A stretch of DNA of 63,894 nucleotides, counting the filler, from Licmophora abbreviata (lineage: Eukaryota), in the NCBI GenBank assembly GCA_900291995.1. It is 14 parts of 14 records of this genome, joined end to end, with 100 filler letters (N's around TTAATTAATTAA, not from the genome) between each part and the next. Parts side by side here need not be neighbours in the genome. Positions count along the whole stretch, not along the records: positions 43,707 to 52,241 come from OLMU01000952.1; positions 52,342 to 59,517 come from OLMU01000953.1; 12 more parts are not named here. The stretch is one strand, 5' to 3'. Numbering within the stretch: the first letter of the stretch is position 1; every line of letters begins with the position of its first letter. Under the pieces are notes generated by a model that saw nothing but the letters and a program-made list of their open reading frames with translations, was not told where the DNA came from and searched no databases. Below are positions 45,884 to 57,286 of this stretch, one piece after another. A program made the position numbers and the translations under genes.

Positions 45884-47338
45884 ATGGTGTCGCAGGCGCT
45901 TAGCTATCAGATATTCACGACGTTTGTAGCGTCGATTCGAAGCGTGGGAACTGCTTGCACGCTGGCTGGCGTCGGAATATACCTCCACAGGCGCGACTTC
46001 ATTCGAGACAAGAAGACGCTTGCATTGATCTCGCAGCAGGTCACCATTCCCCTCTTTCTGTTTACAAGACTGGTCTGGTGCAACCAAGACTGGTCTGACG
46101 ACCCTTGTCCTGATATTACAAAGTCACTGGGGGATATCTGGTTCCTCATTCTCTGGCCCGCCTATGTCGTTGCATGGGGCCTCCTCGTTGGTTGGGCGGC
46201 CGCCCGACTATCTAACACAACCACGGGCGTCAAGGCCGTTTTGGCAGCTTGCGCATTTGGAAATTCCACCGGCCTTCCCATAACTCTCCTCACTGTAGTC
46301 CATACGAACTTTCCCGCCACCACGGAACTCGGACAGATCGACCCGACCTTGTTTCTCTCCGTCTATCTACTTCTTTACCCTGTTCTACAATGGAGTGTCG
46401 GTGGGTGGCTCCTTGCTCCTGAGCAGCAAAAAGAAGAGTCGCCTGATCGCCCAACACTTGATAGACGGGACTCTCTTCGGAATGTGCTAAACAATGATGC
46501 GATGGAGACGAAATACAGGAAGCGACGAAAGGGACTGTCGGAAACGGACGCAAGTATGTACATTTCCACTGCGGATCTTGTCCAGCTGGCACAATTTCAG
46601 CAAGATAAGGTCATTGCGCAGGTTGCATTACCATCGCCTTCTATTGATTCTGCCCCAAACTCGCTCAACGAACATACGGCGCTTCTACCGACCTCGACGG
46701 GGGCAGTCGATGAGGGCATGACGTCTATGGATATGCCGCCTTGGCATCAGCATTCACTCTGGCAGACGCTCAGCAAGATTGCTGCTCGTGTCTTGCAACC
46801 CCCTGTGATTGGCGCCATGCTAGGACTGGTCGTAGCTGCCACTCCGCTGCGTGGAATCTTTGTGGATTTGGTCGATCGAAGCTCCGACGCCCCGCTGCAA
46901 TGGTTCTTCGATGGTCTTTACGCAGTTGGACAGGCAGCAGTTCCACTGAACATGATCATATTGGGCTGCAATCTTTCTGCCAGTCACTTGAATGCGACAT
47001 CTCCTACCGGCGACAAGAGCAAGCTTCTGCCTGCAAAGACGATGATCGCAATTGTGGTGGGCAAGATGCTCGTAATGCCGATCATTGGAATATTTTCAGC
47101 CGTACTAGTGACGGAACTACTGGATATTCCAGACAGCATCAATGCTTCATTTGCACTGGTGGCGATGATTGTGTTTATCACTCCAACGGCGAACAATGTC
47201 ATGGTCATGGTCGAGTTGAGCGGGAGTGGCTCAAAGGAAGGCATCGCTCAGGTCATAGCGTGGCAATATTGCGTGGCGCCAGTTATTCTGAGTTTCACAA
47301 TGTCTGTTGCTGTTGGAGTAGCTAGTCATTGGTCTTGA
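45884..47338 (+). CDS. Auxin efflux carrier family (PILS-like, Mem_trans) transporter
   Basis: ACAFGNSTGLPITLL; central hydrophilic loop; QPPVIGAMLGL; VGQAAVPLNMIILGCNL; TPTANNV. Confidence 0.85.
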   Translation: MVSQALSYQIFTTFVASIRSVGTACTLAGVGIYLHRRDFIRDKKTLALISQQVTIPLFLFTRLVWCNQDWSDDPCPDITKSLGDIWFLILWPAYVVAWGLLVGWAAARLSNTTTGVKAVLAACAFGNSTGLPITLLTVVHTNFPATTELGQIDPTLFLSVYLLLYPVLQWSVGGWLLAPEQQKEESPDRPTLDRRDSLRNVLNNDAMETKYRKRRKGLSETDASMYISTADLVQLAQFQQDKVIAQVALPSPSIDSAPNSLNEHTALLPTSTGAVDEGMTSMDMPPWHQHSLWQTLSKIAARVLQPPVIGAMLGLVVAATPLRGIFVDLVDRSSDAPLQWFFDGLYAVGQAAVPLNMIILGCNLSASHLNATSPTGDKSKLLPAKTMIAIVVGKMLVMPIIGIFSAVLVTELLDIPDSINASFALVAMIVFITPTANNVMVMVELSGSGSKEGIAQVIAWQYCVAPVILSFTMSVAVGVASHWS

Positions 47339-47683
47339 GATGGTGAGCATGCTCAAGGCTGAGAACGCCCGCTCTAGCCGAAGATGAAGATGGTCGCATC
47401 GTTAACGAACAATATGCAATATTCGATATCAGCGCCGGCCGCCCTATACTAGAGCAACGTGCCCTCGCGCTTTCACAGGACGGGAACGCTTTTCATCTTC
47501 CTGGACGATATGTAGTGTACGCTCCGACTGCAGAACGCGGCTAGGCACTAGAGTGCAGATAGTATATTGAATATGATGATACGCTGTAACCTGCGTCGTT
47601 AGAGCGAAAAAGGCTGCAATTTGAAAATGGTGCAAATACTAGTACAATGGATCGTTCTTTTTGTGCTCATGGTGCGTCTCTAG

Positions 47684-48000
47684 CTAAAAGGGAGTCGGTG
47701 CCCTCCAAACAACAGGATCCTGTGTGATGGGATGTCGAAGTCGCAGCAATCTGGCATGCAAGCACATCGTGTGCTTATGCAGTGACATTGAATTGTACAT
47801 CTCCATGACCACATCGTGGTGGTGCTTCGTACTTGACTGGCTCGGCCTAGTCGCTTGTGGCAAACTTTCCATCATCATGGCAATGTAGACCGCATCGCCA
47901 CCCACCACGCGACGTTCATACGAGTCTGCCAGAATGACAGCAGCACTAGTGGATTGTCGTAATGGATGGATTCGCCCGGGAAGATTGCCGTAGCGACGAG
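47684..48000 (-). pseudogene. Degenerate C-terminal fragment of an RluA-family pseudouridine synthase
   Basis: GRIHPLR (cf. GRTHQLR), VVGGDAVY (cf. PIVGDxxY), MCLHARLLRLRHPITQDPVVWRAPTPF* (cf. LHAxxLxxxHPxT...APxPF); no catalytic HRLD upstream. Confidence 0.55.
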
Positions 48001-48287
48001 CGGAATTCCTCACGAGTCTCATTGTCTTCGACGACCACCACCAAGTCATGACGAACGACACGGCCATGTCGACCAATTTAGCGATTCGGCATGATTGTTT
48101 CTCGTTTTTCAGACAAAGCGTCTCCCCCAGTAGGACGTAGGGCTCTCTTGTTCGTGTCTTCCATCAGAGGAAAGCACAAAAGCATTCAATAATTCAATCA
48201 AACCGCTTCTCTGCACAAAAGCGATGAGTCAAGACTCATCGCCTGCGATCTGCGATTGTGGCTGATTTACCAGTACAAAAAATGTCT

Positions 48288-48382
48288 TATCAGATATCTT
48301 AATCGCTAGCAAAAAACAAAAAATGCTAGTGAAAAATACGTATTTCAAACGTACACACCTTTGCTGCGTCGCTCGCCCACCA
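48288..48382. repeat. Small dispersed repeat, copy 2 (no mariner at the corresponding TA)
   Basis: tatcagatatcttaatcgctagcaaa...ctagtgaaaaatacgtatttcaaacgtacacacctttgctgcgtcgctcgcccacca matches the reverse complement of 42545-42629. Confidence 0.85.
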
Positions 48383-48655
48383 TGACGCGCAGCATCAGTC
48401 GGAGAGCCTTTCGGTCTGTCTGTCTAGCCCTGCGCGCGACCGCACATTCCTGTGAAAACAAAACCACGAAAAGTCAAGAGTAAAAGAGGACCACAGCTGC
48501 ACAGCGAACAGCGGTGTTGCCGTCTTTGGGAAAGGAATTGTACCTGGTACCGGTACGATCGACGCCACTCCTGCTTGTCGCTCGCTGATCCTAGTCGTCG
48601 ACTCACAGGGGAGGTTTCGCAGTGCGTCATTGTCGTGAGCAAGAAGGCAAGAAGA

Positions 48656-49423
48656 ATGCCGACGAACAAGTGGAGCAAGAAGAAGAGACCGCCCCCGGGA
48701 TTCGACTACATTGAGCCCGTTTTGGAGGCTCTGGAAAACGAACTGAGAGACAAAGTCAAGGAGAGTAATGTAGGAAAGCGTAAGACTGAAAGTATGTGGC
48801 CCGTCCATCAGATAAACTGGCAGAAGTCTCGATACGTATACGATCTGTACTATACGCACGACAAGATCACGAGGCAAGTCTACGATTACTGCATCCAGCA
48901 AAAACTCATCGACGCCGCTCTAATCGCTAAGTGGAAGAAACCAGGATACGAACGCCTCTGTTCTACCTACGTTATCAATCCTACGAACTTCAAGTTTGGT
49001 ACCACGTCGATCTGTCGCGTCCCCCTGAAGGATCGAAGCGATGCTCAGCAAACTGCCCGAGATCCGACGACTGGGTGTCTGGGTTGTGCGTCGGGAAAGG
49101 GCGCAGGACCCAAGAATATTTTTGGCAACAAGTACGGACAGAATCTTGCAGCGGTACAGATTGCTAGAGAAAAACGTTTGGAAGGGTTGGAGGCGCGCAG
49201 GGTGGAGCAAGAACGACTGAGGCGAGAGACGGAACAGGAAGCGAATGACGACGCTGGCGATGAGGAAACCGACGACGACACCGACGACGAGGACTACGGC
49301 CCGACGCCCGCTGCGGGCGTATGGGCCGGAAGCAAGAAGCTGCAGGCGGAGAGCGAACTCATTGAATTAGGGGATGACAATGAGACTAGTGGTCCTCCTT
49401 CGAAGAAACTGAGATCAGAGTAG
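48656..49423 (+). CDS. BUD31: BUD31/G10 splicing factor with C-terminal extension
   Basis: PPPGFDYIEPVL; ESMWPVHQINWQKSRYVYDLYY; DAALIAKWKKPGYERLC; ICRVP; GCLGCAS. Confidence 0.93.
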   Translation: MPTNKWSKKKRPPPGFDYIEPVLEALENELRDKVKESNVGKRKTESMWPVHQINWQKSRYVYDLYYTHDKITRQVYDYCIQQKLIDAALIAKWKKPGYERLCSTYVINPTNFKFGTTSICRVPLKDRSDAQQTARDPTTGCLGCASGKGAGPKNIFGNKYGQNLAAVQIAREKRLEGLEARRVEQERLRRETEQEANDDAGDEETDDDTDDEDYGPTPAAGVWAGSKKLQAESELIELGDDNETSGPPSKKLRSE

Positions 49424-49524
49424 GAGTGTAGGGTCCACTTGTCAGCTTACCGCTACAGAGCCGCACTGGTCCGATGAAACTTTATTTATACATCAAGGGT
49501 ACTTTGTGCCGCATCTCCAATCGT

Positions 49525-50656
49525 CTAGTCGTCCTTCTTTTCACCCGCTACAAGAGGGTCCTCCTCCACCTCATACACAACTATGTGCCTCTCTGCCGTT
49601 GCTCTCGAATATCGATCAATTTTATTGAACAAGACTGGGATAACGAGAAAGAATAGCAGCAGAGCAATAATTTGTTCCGTAGCCTGTCCGAAGATCGACT
49701 CCGGAATCAAGGCGACAAGCCACTTCATGAAGGAAGGAGCAAGTGCAGCAAAGAAGTGGTCGAATTTAAGAATCGCGTCGTCAACACCGACGACGTCGAG
49801 CGCACCCAAAACCCACTGGGTGAGGTACGGGACAAGCAGAATCAGTATACCGTAGTACACTGCGATTCTAGAAGTCACTTGCGAGCACAGAATCACCATT
49901 ATCTGATCGAACTCTGCTTGGTCGATTCCGCCTGAACTATCATCGTCGCTCGCTTCGAACAACTCGTCTACAACCGACCGCGGAGGAGGCTGAAGATGAA
50001 GAAAGAGAGGTATCCATACAAATCGTTAGCTCATTGTCTAGTCATCCAGCAAAATACAGTCAATAGCGGCTTCTGGAACATACGTAACACGCTGCGGGAC
50101 CAGCATACTTTGCTAGATTCAGATGGACAAGTAAGAATCCTGCATATAGCTCCGTCTTGTTGATATACCCCGTGTCGTTGGCATCCATAGTGGCAAAGGC
50201 CTACGAGGGTTAGAACGAAAAAACGTCAGGACGCCGGTGAGCAACGATATAGCCGAGGCGCTCGTGAGCAGCGTATGGTATGCGACAGACAGGAGGAAGG
50301 CATCTATAGAGCCAGTCGCTTGACGTTGCTGTACTGCCGCTGGAAGCTCTCCCCCGTCAACTCGGCCAGGGCTCCAGGTGCCACCTCGTTTCGAAGGAGC
50401 TCAGCTCACGCAACACTCACCCACTCGGTTAAGCGTCTGAAAGGGCCACTTCTCGTCAAGTAGTTTCCCCTTTTTCTCTCTGTTGGAAATACAACATGAG
50501 GCAATGAGAAAGGAAGCATCGGCCGTCCGCTATCGTCGAAAGTCAACAGCGGGAGCGGCACACCAAAAGTCGTCGTATCGGTATCCTTTCGCTGTGAGAG
50601 TGAACTTAGAACTTACCCGTTTTGGTCGCCTCTGGTCTTTCGGTTCCGGCTGTCAT
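49525..50656 (-). CDS. EF-hand membrane protein, paralog A (4 exons)
   Basis: Spliced MTAGTERPEATKT|ERKRGNYLTRSGPFRRLTEW|AFATMDANDTGYINKTELYAGFLLVHLNLAKYAGPAACY|PPPRSVVDELFEASDDDSSGGIDQAEF; two EF loops, two hydrophobic segments. Confidence 0.8.
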
Positions 50657-51169
50657 AGTCGTGGCTTCCTGTGCTCTCCTATGGCGCCAGTCGTCTCAAA
50701 AGTGGTCTTGCTATAGCTTGCGAGCCATCAAGCGCCCGTCGAATCGAGAGAGTACCCTGGTAGCATCGAACAAACAATCGTCGACAGATCGTCGCCGCCT
50801 TCCGTGATCAAGTGATCACTGAAGAATGACATGCTTCTTTAGCACGGAATGGAGCTCGTAAGGTATCGATTATCGATGCCATTTATATTTTGATGCCCAA
50901 GATGCAACTTCGCAAGTCGACTATGATACTCGTATTGTTTACTCAAGTACGAAGTATATCCCAGGTGTTCCCAGCTGCGCGCAATGTTTCTCCAGTAGTC
51001 TACGGAGCCGCGTCGCATTCAACACAAATCAAGACCTCACGTTCAGGGAATACTTCGTAGTACATTGCATGTATTGTTGCTATCCCTGTTTCAATAGGAG
51101 ATCTTATAGTTCGTGAATCGAACCGAATCTACTAATCATTATTGTCGCATGCACCGCAGTTACGGCTGT

Positions 51170-52138
51170 CTACTCGTCGACGTCCTCCACCTTCAAATTC
51201 TTCTTGTTCTTCTCTGCTAGATCCTGAAAGTAATCATCGATCTTGAACAAGGCGTATGGTACAGCCAAAATACCGAGAACGCACGAAATCAAAGTCAAGG
51301 GAATCGTATTCCAAACGCTTTCCGGCACCTTCGCTAACAGTGTCCCAACGGTGGACGTAAATTGCAAAATCGCACCTGGAGTTTTGTCGAGCATGGAGTC
51401 CCTCACGCTTTCAATGAACAGCTCCAACTTGTCCATAGTTGGACTGTACTCGTCGAGGTCCATGATGAATTGCCAAAAATGAGTGTTAGCGAAGTAGATC
51501 CAGTCGAGGATGTATTGTGCGAGGAGCGGCACGATAATGAGAGTCAAACTCCACTGGACAATGACGCGCGTCAACACATTCGAACAAAGTACTTTCATGA
51601 CCTCCTCAAACTCGTCACGATCAAGCGTTCCATTCTTGTCGACGTCCATCTTTTGAAAGACGTCGTGCACTCTCTGTCGATCGACAGGCTGCGTTATTCG
51701 GCAACAGACACGAGTAAGTAAGTAACAAGAGAGGCCATAAATCGAGACGCATCATTGGAAGGACAAACACACCCTACAAGCAGCGGGCCCTGCATAGCAT
51801 CCAAGTTTTAAGTGAATGAGCAGCAGTCCCGAATAAAGCTCCTTCTCGTCGACGCAGCCCGATTCATCGACGTCTACGAGAGAAAAAGCCGAAGCCGACA
51901 TGTTTTGGAACGCCTTGGTTCTCGTCAACCAAGTAGATTTTCGCGTCACTCGTTTCTTCTTCACGACAGGGCTTTTCGATTGACCAGGCTTTTTGCCGTC
52001 GACACGCACAACACTCGGCGGCGGGGCGATACGGGGCATAGCAGCGGCCACAGTTGAAGTGTTAGTTGCCTTGGCCTTTTTCCGTCCAAACAAGCGAAAT
52101 CTTCGTTTCTTTCGAGCAGAGGAGTCTTCGTCCGTCAT
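51170..52138 (-). CDS. EF-hand membrane protein, paralog B; intron 51689-51772
   Basis: DVDESGCVDEKE and DVDKNGTLDRDE EF loops; LYSGLLLIHLKLGCYAGPAACR matches paralog A; C-terminal TMs. Confidence 0.82.
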
Positions 52139-52806
52139 TTTAAGGTGCTCGACGGGCTAGATGAATAAAGGAGCGTCGAGAAAAGCCGTAAGCGGGGCCG
52201 TGTCTGGCGTCGACATGGTCTAGTGAGTCAAACGTTACCAGNNNNNNNNNNNNNNNNNNNNNNNNNNNNNNNNNNNNNNNNNNNNTTAATTAATTAANNN
52301 NNNNNNNNNNNNNNNNNNNNNNNNNNNNNNNNNNNNNNNNNCCTGCTTTCTGCTTTCCCAGCTGAAAGAGATTCTTGTTACCGGTATATACTACGATACC
52401 ACAATGCTGGTTGACCTCTAGGCAAAGCTTAAGTACAGTACACCAAGTACACTGTGTAGACTACATCGCACCCAGGCTTTTCACTGTACACCATCAGTAT
52501 CATACACTAATCGTTTGATACGATACGGCCATGCCAGGGCGCACCAAACCTCAACCGCGAAAGCATCACAGCTCTCCTTCATACGTCTCCTTACAGCTAA
52601 GAAGGACAGTGAGGAAACAGACTCAGTCAGCACTATGTCATGGGACCATCATTAAACTCTGCTGAGACGCAGCAGGAGTCATAAAAAATTAAAAACAAGC
52701 TCATCACAGAGTATCAGTCCTATCGATCCTTGTGTTTGGTAGTGGTCGATCATCCTCCGGCACGGTGCCACCAAGCGCTTCTTTCAGGCCACTCACCATT
52801 CGCTCA

Positions 52807-55800
52807 TCACTTTGCACCCAGCTTCTTCCGAACCATGTGGTATCGACCAACGTCCCCTCTTCTTCGAGGTCCGTTCATGGCGAACATAAGCTTGAAGTCT
52901 TCTTCCGCGAAATCGTCGTTGTTCGCACGATAGTATGCTTCCAACTAATGTGAAAAGGCAGAAGCATCATGAACGAGCATACACATAAGTATCACGTCCG
53001 ATATCCTGTGACACTGGCGCAATACATACACCCAACACGCACCTCTTCCATCTCCAGTTCCATCATCGCCATAAAGCTGGCAGATCTCTCAAATGAAATC
53101 GCGGCCAATTCATCGTCCCAGAACGAGTTATCGAAGCTTGTCGATCCCTTCAAGTCACGATACAACACGGAACCACTGCGATCGAGAGCCTCGATACCAT
53201 TGAGCGTTAGAGGGGCCTTTGACACGATGCCTTCGCCGTGTGCAATCACTCGCACTGTCTGCATAAGGAACAACGGGATGTACTGCTCCAAAGACGAAAG
53301 CGTGTACGCCGTCACAGCGTTCCCAGCGGCTTCGCGCAGATTGTCGCTAGCTGCGGTCAGATACTCTCCCAAGTCATTGACGCAAGACGGAATGCGAACA
53401 GCGTCCTTGGCCACAATCGTCGAGCTCTTGCAGATCTTAGCGAGACGGGTAACGCTGCAGGAGCCAACAAGAAGCATTAGCAATGTAGTGGTAAGTACAA
53501 GGTTTGTCCTGAATATACGGTGATCACTGGACCGAAAACTGAAAACTTACGTCTGTAACAACATATCAATGCGACAGAACTTGGCCATCTTGATACCGTG
53601 CGTCTTGATTGTTTTAATAGCTTCCCGTAAAGCACGCGTCGATGTGAGCACCTTCTCGAAACTGCCGCTGCCTCGAGTCCGAAGACGACTCTCGAGAAGA
53701 CTTGACAGCTTCAAGAGACTGTGCGCGAGACACGATGCTTTCATTAACTCTTCATCCGAACAAACAACGATGCTGCTGGAATGGCTTTCCTTGGTGAATT
53801 CGAGAATAGACTGAAGATGCGACAACTCAAGAATGAGATTCTGTTCCTCGCGATCGACACTTCCAACAAGATCAAGATCGCCCCCCGACGATGGAGATTT
53901 GACGTCAGCTGTTCCCGAGCCACGAGCTTTCGTGTCGTTCGCTGGAGGGGCGAGGGGAACGAGGTTGGAGTCTTTGCTGACGTCGTTGGTCTCTTCTACA
54001 GTCTGGGCCGCCTCCAAGAGATCACCGTCGGCGTACGCCTGTAAGAGCTGCGCAAACGCCCGACGTCGCTCGATCGTCAGGTTGAATGACTTGTCTTTTC
54101 CCTCTTTTCCTGAGTCCAGCAGCAAACGCAGTGCCAGTTTGCCATTGCAAATCTGGCTCACGCGAGGTTTGATGCGCGAAATGAAGGTGAGGATTGCATG
54201 TTCCAAAACTCCGACGACGTGTAAATACATCTTTTCGTCCCTGGGCAACCGGTGCAGTGCTTGGAAGAGGGGACCCGTCGAGTAGTGCACAGCCTGACAA
54301 GCGACACACATGTCGACGTCCTGAGGTTCGTTCGAGTTTGGTCGCCCGTACAAGGTTCGGTCAATGACCGGGTCAAATGCGTCGCCTCTCTCCAGCGCAT
54401 GAGTAGTACCGTTGAGCGCGTCGTCTTGGAGAATCGGGATAAGCTGCTTCTTGATGACAGAGTCTAGCAAGTCTAGAGCTGTCTGTTCCGTCTGCATCTG
54501 GTACGACGGTGATGACGTATCCTGTCCCGATACCAAGGCAAGCTCTTTCTTGAGTGCGTCGTTCTCGGACGCCCACTTGGCAAGGACCTTGCGAAATTCC
54601 AGCGCATGTCGCACCTGAGGGGTGTTGTTCGTCTTGGGAAACAGAACTAAAGACACGAATTGATCTGCAGGCAATTCCATCGTGTTGGCACGCGACGCCG
54701 CCAGGCTGCCGTATCCGGCCTCCTGTTTGTTTGCATCGCTTGCGATTCCCAAGGAAAAGAAGCCGCTTTCGTGAGAGGAAATACCATTGGACGCGACGCT
54801 ATCTTCGTTGGCTGTCGTTTCTGTCTCCTTCAAACAAGCCGTCAAAAACTGCTTGACCTCGCGCTGAATACAGTCAAATGCTGAAACGAGCACATGGTGC
54901 ATGAATGTCGATGGATCACGCACTTTTCCGTTCTCGTCATATAAAACAGGCTCCTTGTCCGTCATCTGGGTGGCATTCGACATGAAGAGTTAGTGAAACG
55001 CTCACACAAAAGCGATGGCCACAAGTACACGGTGACAAGACTTACAATGCGGTGTCGCAAAATTTGAGCCAAATGCGAGTAGCGCACCATGACGCATCCA
55101 AACGACGACAAAAGACCCGCCAGATGCCGCCGAAATTCTTTCAAGTCACGTGAGTGACGCTTGTGAGATCGACGTTCCAGTCGAGCCAACGTCCTGGCCT
55201 GCTCCGTCTGGGCAATACGTCGAAGCTCAGAATAGAGTTCCTCCAACAAATGACGCTCAACGTCAGCCAAGCGGCGGAGTTTCGCCAAACACTCTACGAG
55301 AATCCTCAATGCCAAGACGTGGTCAGCGTACCGAGGCAAGCTGCGATCCCACTCGCTACCACTGGATATGCCGAAGCTTGATTCCAGACCTCGGCGCTCG
55401 TCCGCGTCCAAGTCCATTTCAGCATCAATCAAGGGAATAGGAATCATCATGCGCGTCGCAAGGCCCCGTTGCGACTCCACAGTGGACGATGCGGCAGTCG
55501 TTGCAGTAGAGTTTTGCCTCGATCCCTTGGAAGAATCCCTGGAGAAGAAAGAGGTATCGCCCGAGTCATAGCTCTGAACCGACTCGTCGTCCAACTGCCC
55601 GTCCTCAGCGAAAGATCGAAGTCTACCTTGCCGAGGTAGAAACGGATTTTGAAGAACGCTGGAAGTTCCCGCTGACCGTTTGGAGCTGACGCTGGCGGCC
55701 GACGAAGAAATCCGTCTGGGCGTGGCTTTTGCAGTCGATGCATTCTGATGTACGATTCCATTTCCCGTTCGAAGGTAGAGTACATCCTGGAGTGTCTTCC

Positions 55801-56707
55801 AGATGATATCTTCTGCAATCTGCTGACGCTCGAGCAACTGTTTGGTAATAGAATGGAGCGCCGCCACATGAGACACGCTGTGCTCAAAGGCAATCGCGAG
55901 GGCCGAACTGAGGGTCAAAACCGCCCCACCAATCCGACAGGGCCCGCCACCGCGTGGGCGAATGCAAAGATCAAACTGCGTTGGTGCAGCTCGCAATATT
56001 TCCATCTTTTCAAGCAAGGTAAGTACAGCTTCACACTCGAGTTTCTTCAACCACAATTCTCGAAGCGACATTGCAGCTGCCGACGCACCGTCGCGAGTTG
56101 AAACTGCGCCATTCGCATCTTCCGGCAAGGGAAGACTGTGACTGCTTCCAAGCGTTTCCTGGATATCATTGACCTGTCGTCGTAGTTCTCTGACCTTCGT
56201 AACCGCGTCACGAAACTGACGAGCCACACGCCCTACCCTCACAACAGATCCATTGAGTTCGGCACAGTGCACCACAGCCAAATGCTCGATGGCGTCTTCG
56301 ACAACCTGTTGCTGTTTCTTGAGGGCCTTGTATGCTGGGTTATGTTTACGAAGATTTTCGTATTCCTTGGTACTGTATGGAGTATTCTTATTGGATGTAT
56401 CTTCAAGCAACTGGGCTCCCAGTACGTCAATGACACGGTGGAGAGTGTGGAATGCCTTGGGATCCTGAAAGAAATCGGTGTCGACTTGTTCCTCCAGAAG
56501 TCGCTCCAGTTCATCTAAATCATCGCGATGACCACCCTTACCACGACGCTGAGTGGATTTCGGAGGGGAAGCAGCAGAATCCGACAGAACACGGCCGCTT
56601 CCTGCAGACTTGGCTTCGTCCCCGTCGTCAAACGGATTGCTGTTCTGCTTGCCGCCTTGTACTGGTCTAGGTCCTCGGCTTCCGCCGCTCTGTGCGCTTC
56701 TCGGCAT
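52807..56707 (-). CDS. SEC8: Exocyst subunit Sec8/EXOC4-like; introns 54966-55045, 53455-53550, 52945-53042
   Basis: N-terminal coiled coil VVEDAIEHLAVVHCAELNGSV...LRELW...LEKMEILRAAP resembles the Sec8 domain; large helical protein; in-frame GT-AG joins. Confidence 0.7.
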
Positions 56708-57286
56708 TCTTTCTTTTTCAGGATTACTCCCACGGGTGCCAATAGATTACAGAGGGCCTTGGGAGGGCGTTCCACAAAGCAACAAGGTCGCAAGTTTTCT
56801 AAATTTCCACGCAGGTTTGGTTCTCCATGGTTCCCGAGGAGTTGAGATTATTTCGAGAGTTCGCGGTCGCCGTCGCGGAGAGCGAGCCGACCACTTTTGG
56901 GTGCGCGCGCGCGCTCAACGGATCCCCAAACATTGACTCGTTCGACTCAGTCGAGTCGAAACATGCGATCAGCGAACAAATTCGACATTCGACACACAAC
57001 AACGGATCACAAATCACGGTACGATACAAGTCACAGTCTATACTGTCGTTCCGGCGGTATTCTGGCGTCGGCGAATCGGAGAAAGCTCGCATCCTCACCA
57101 GCTGCTCAATCTCTGCTATCCCGATATCTTTTGGAATAGCTGAGGTCGCGTTGACGAGTCCTCGAGCCCGTATGAAAGTTCAGCTCGAGGCAACGAAAGA
57201 CGAAAGGAAGCGCAAGTTTCACAGAACGCGCACCACTTCAACATTGACTCCGTCTCCTTACTCGTTTCGCTCTATACGCACCTAAG

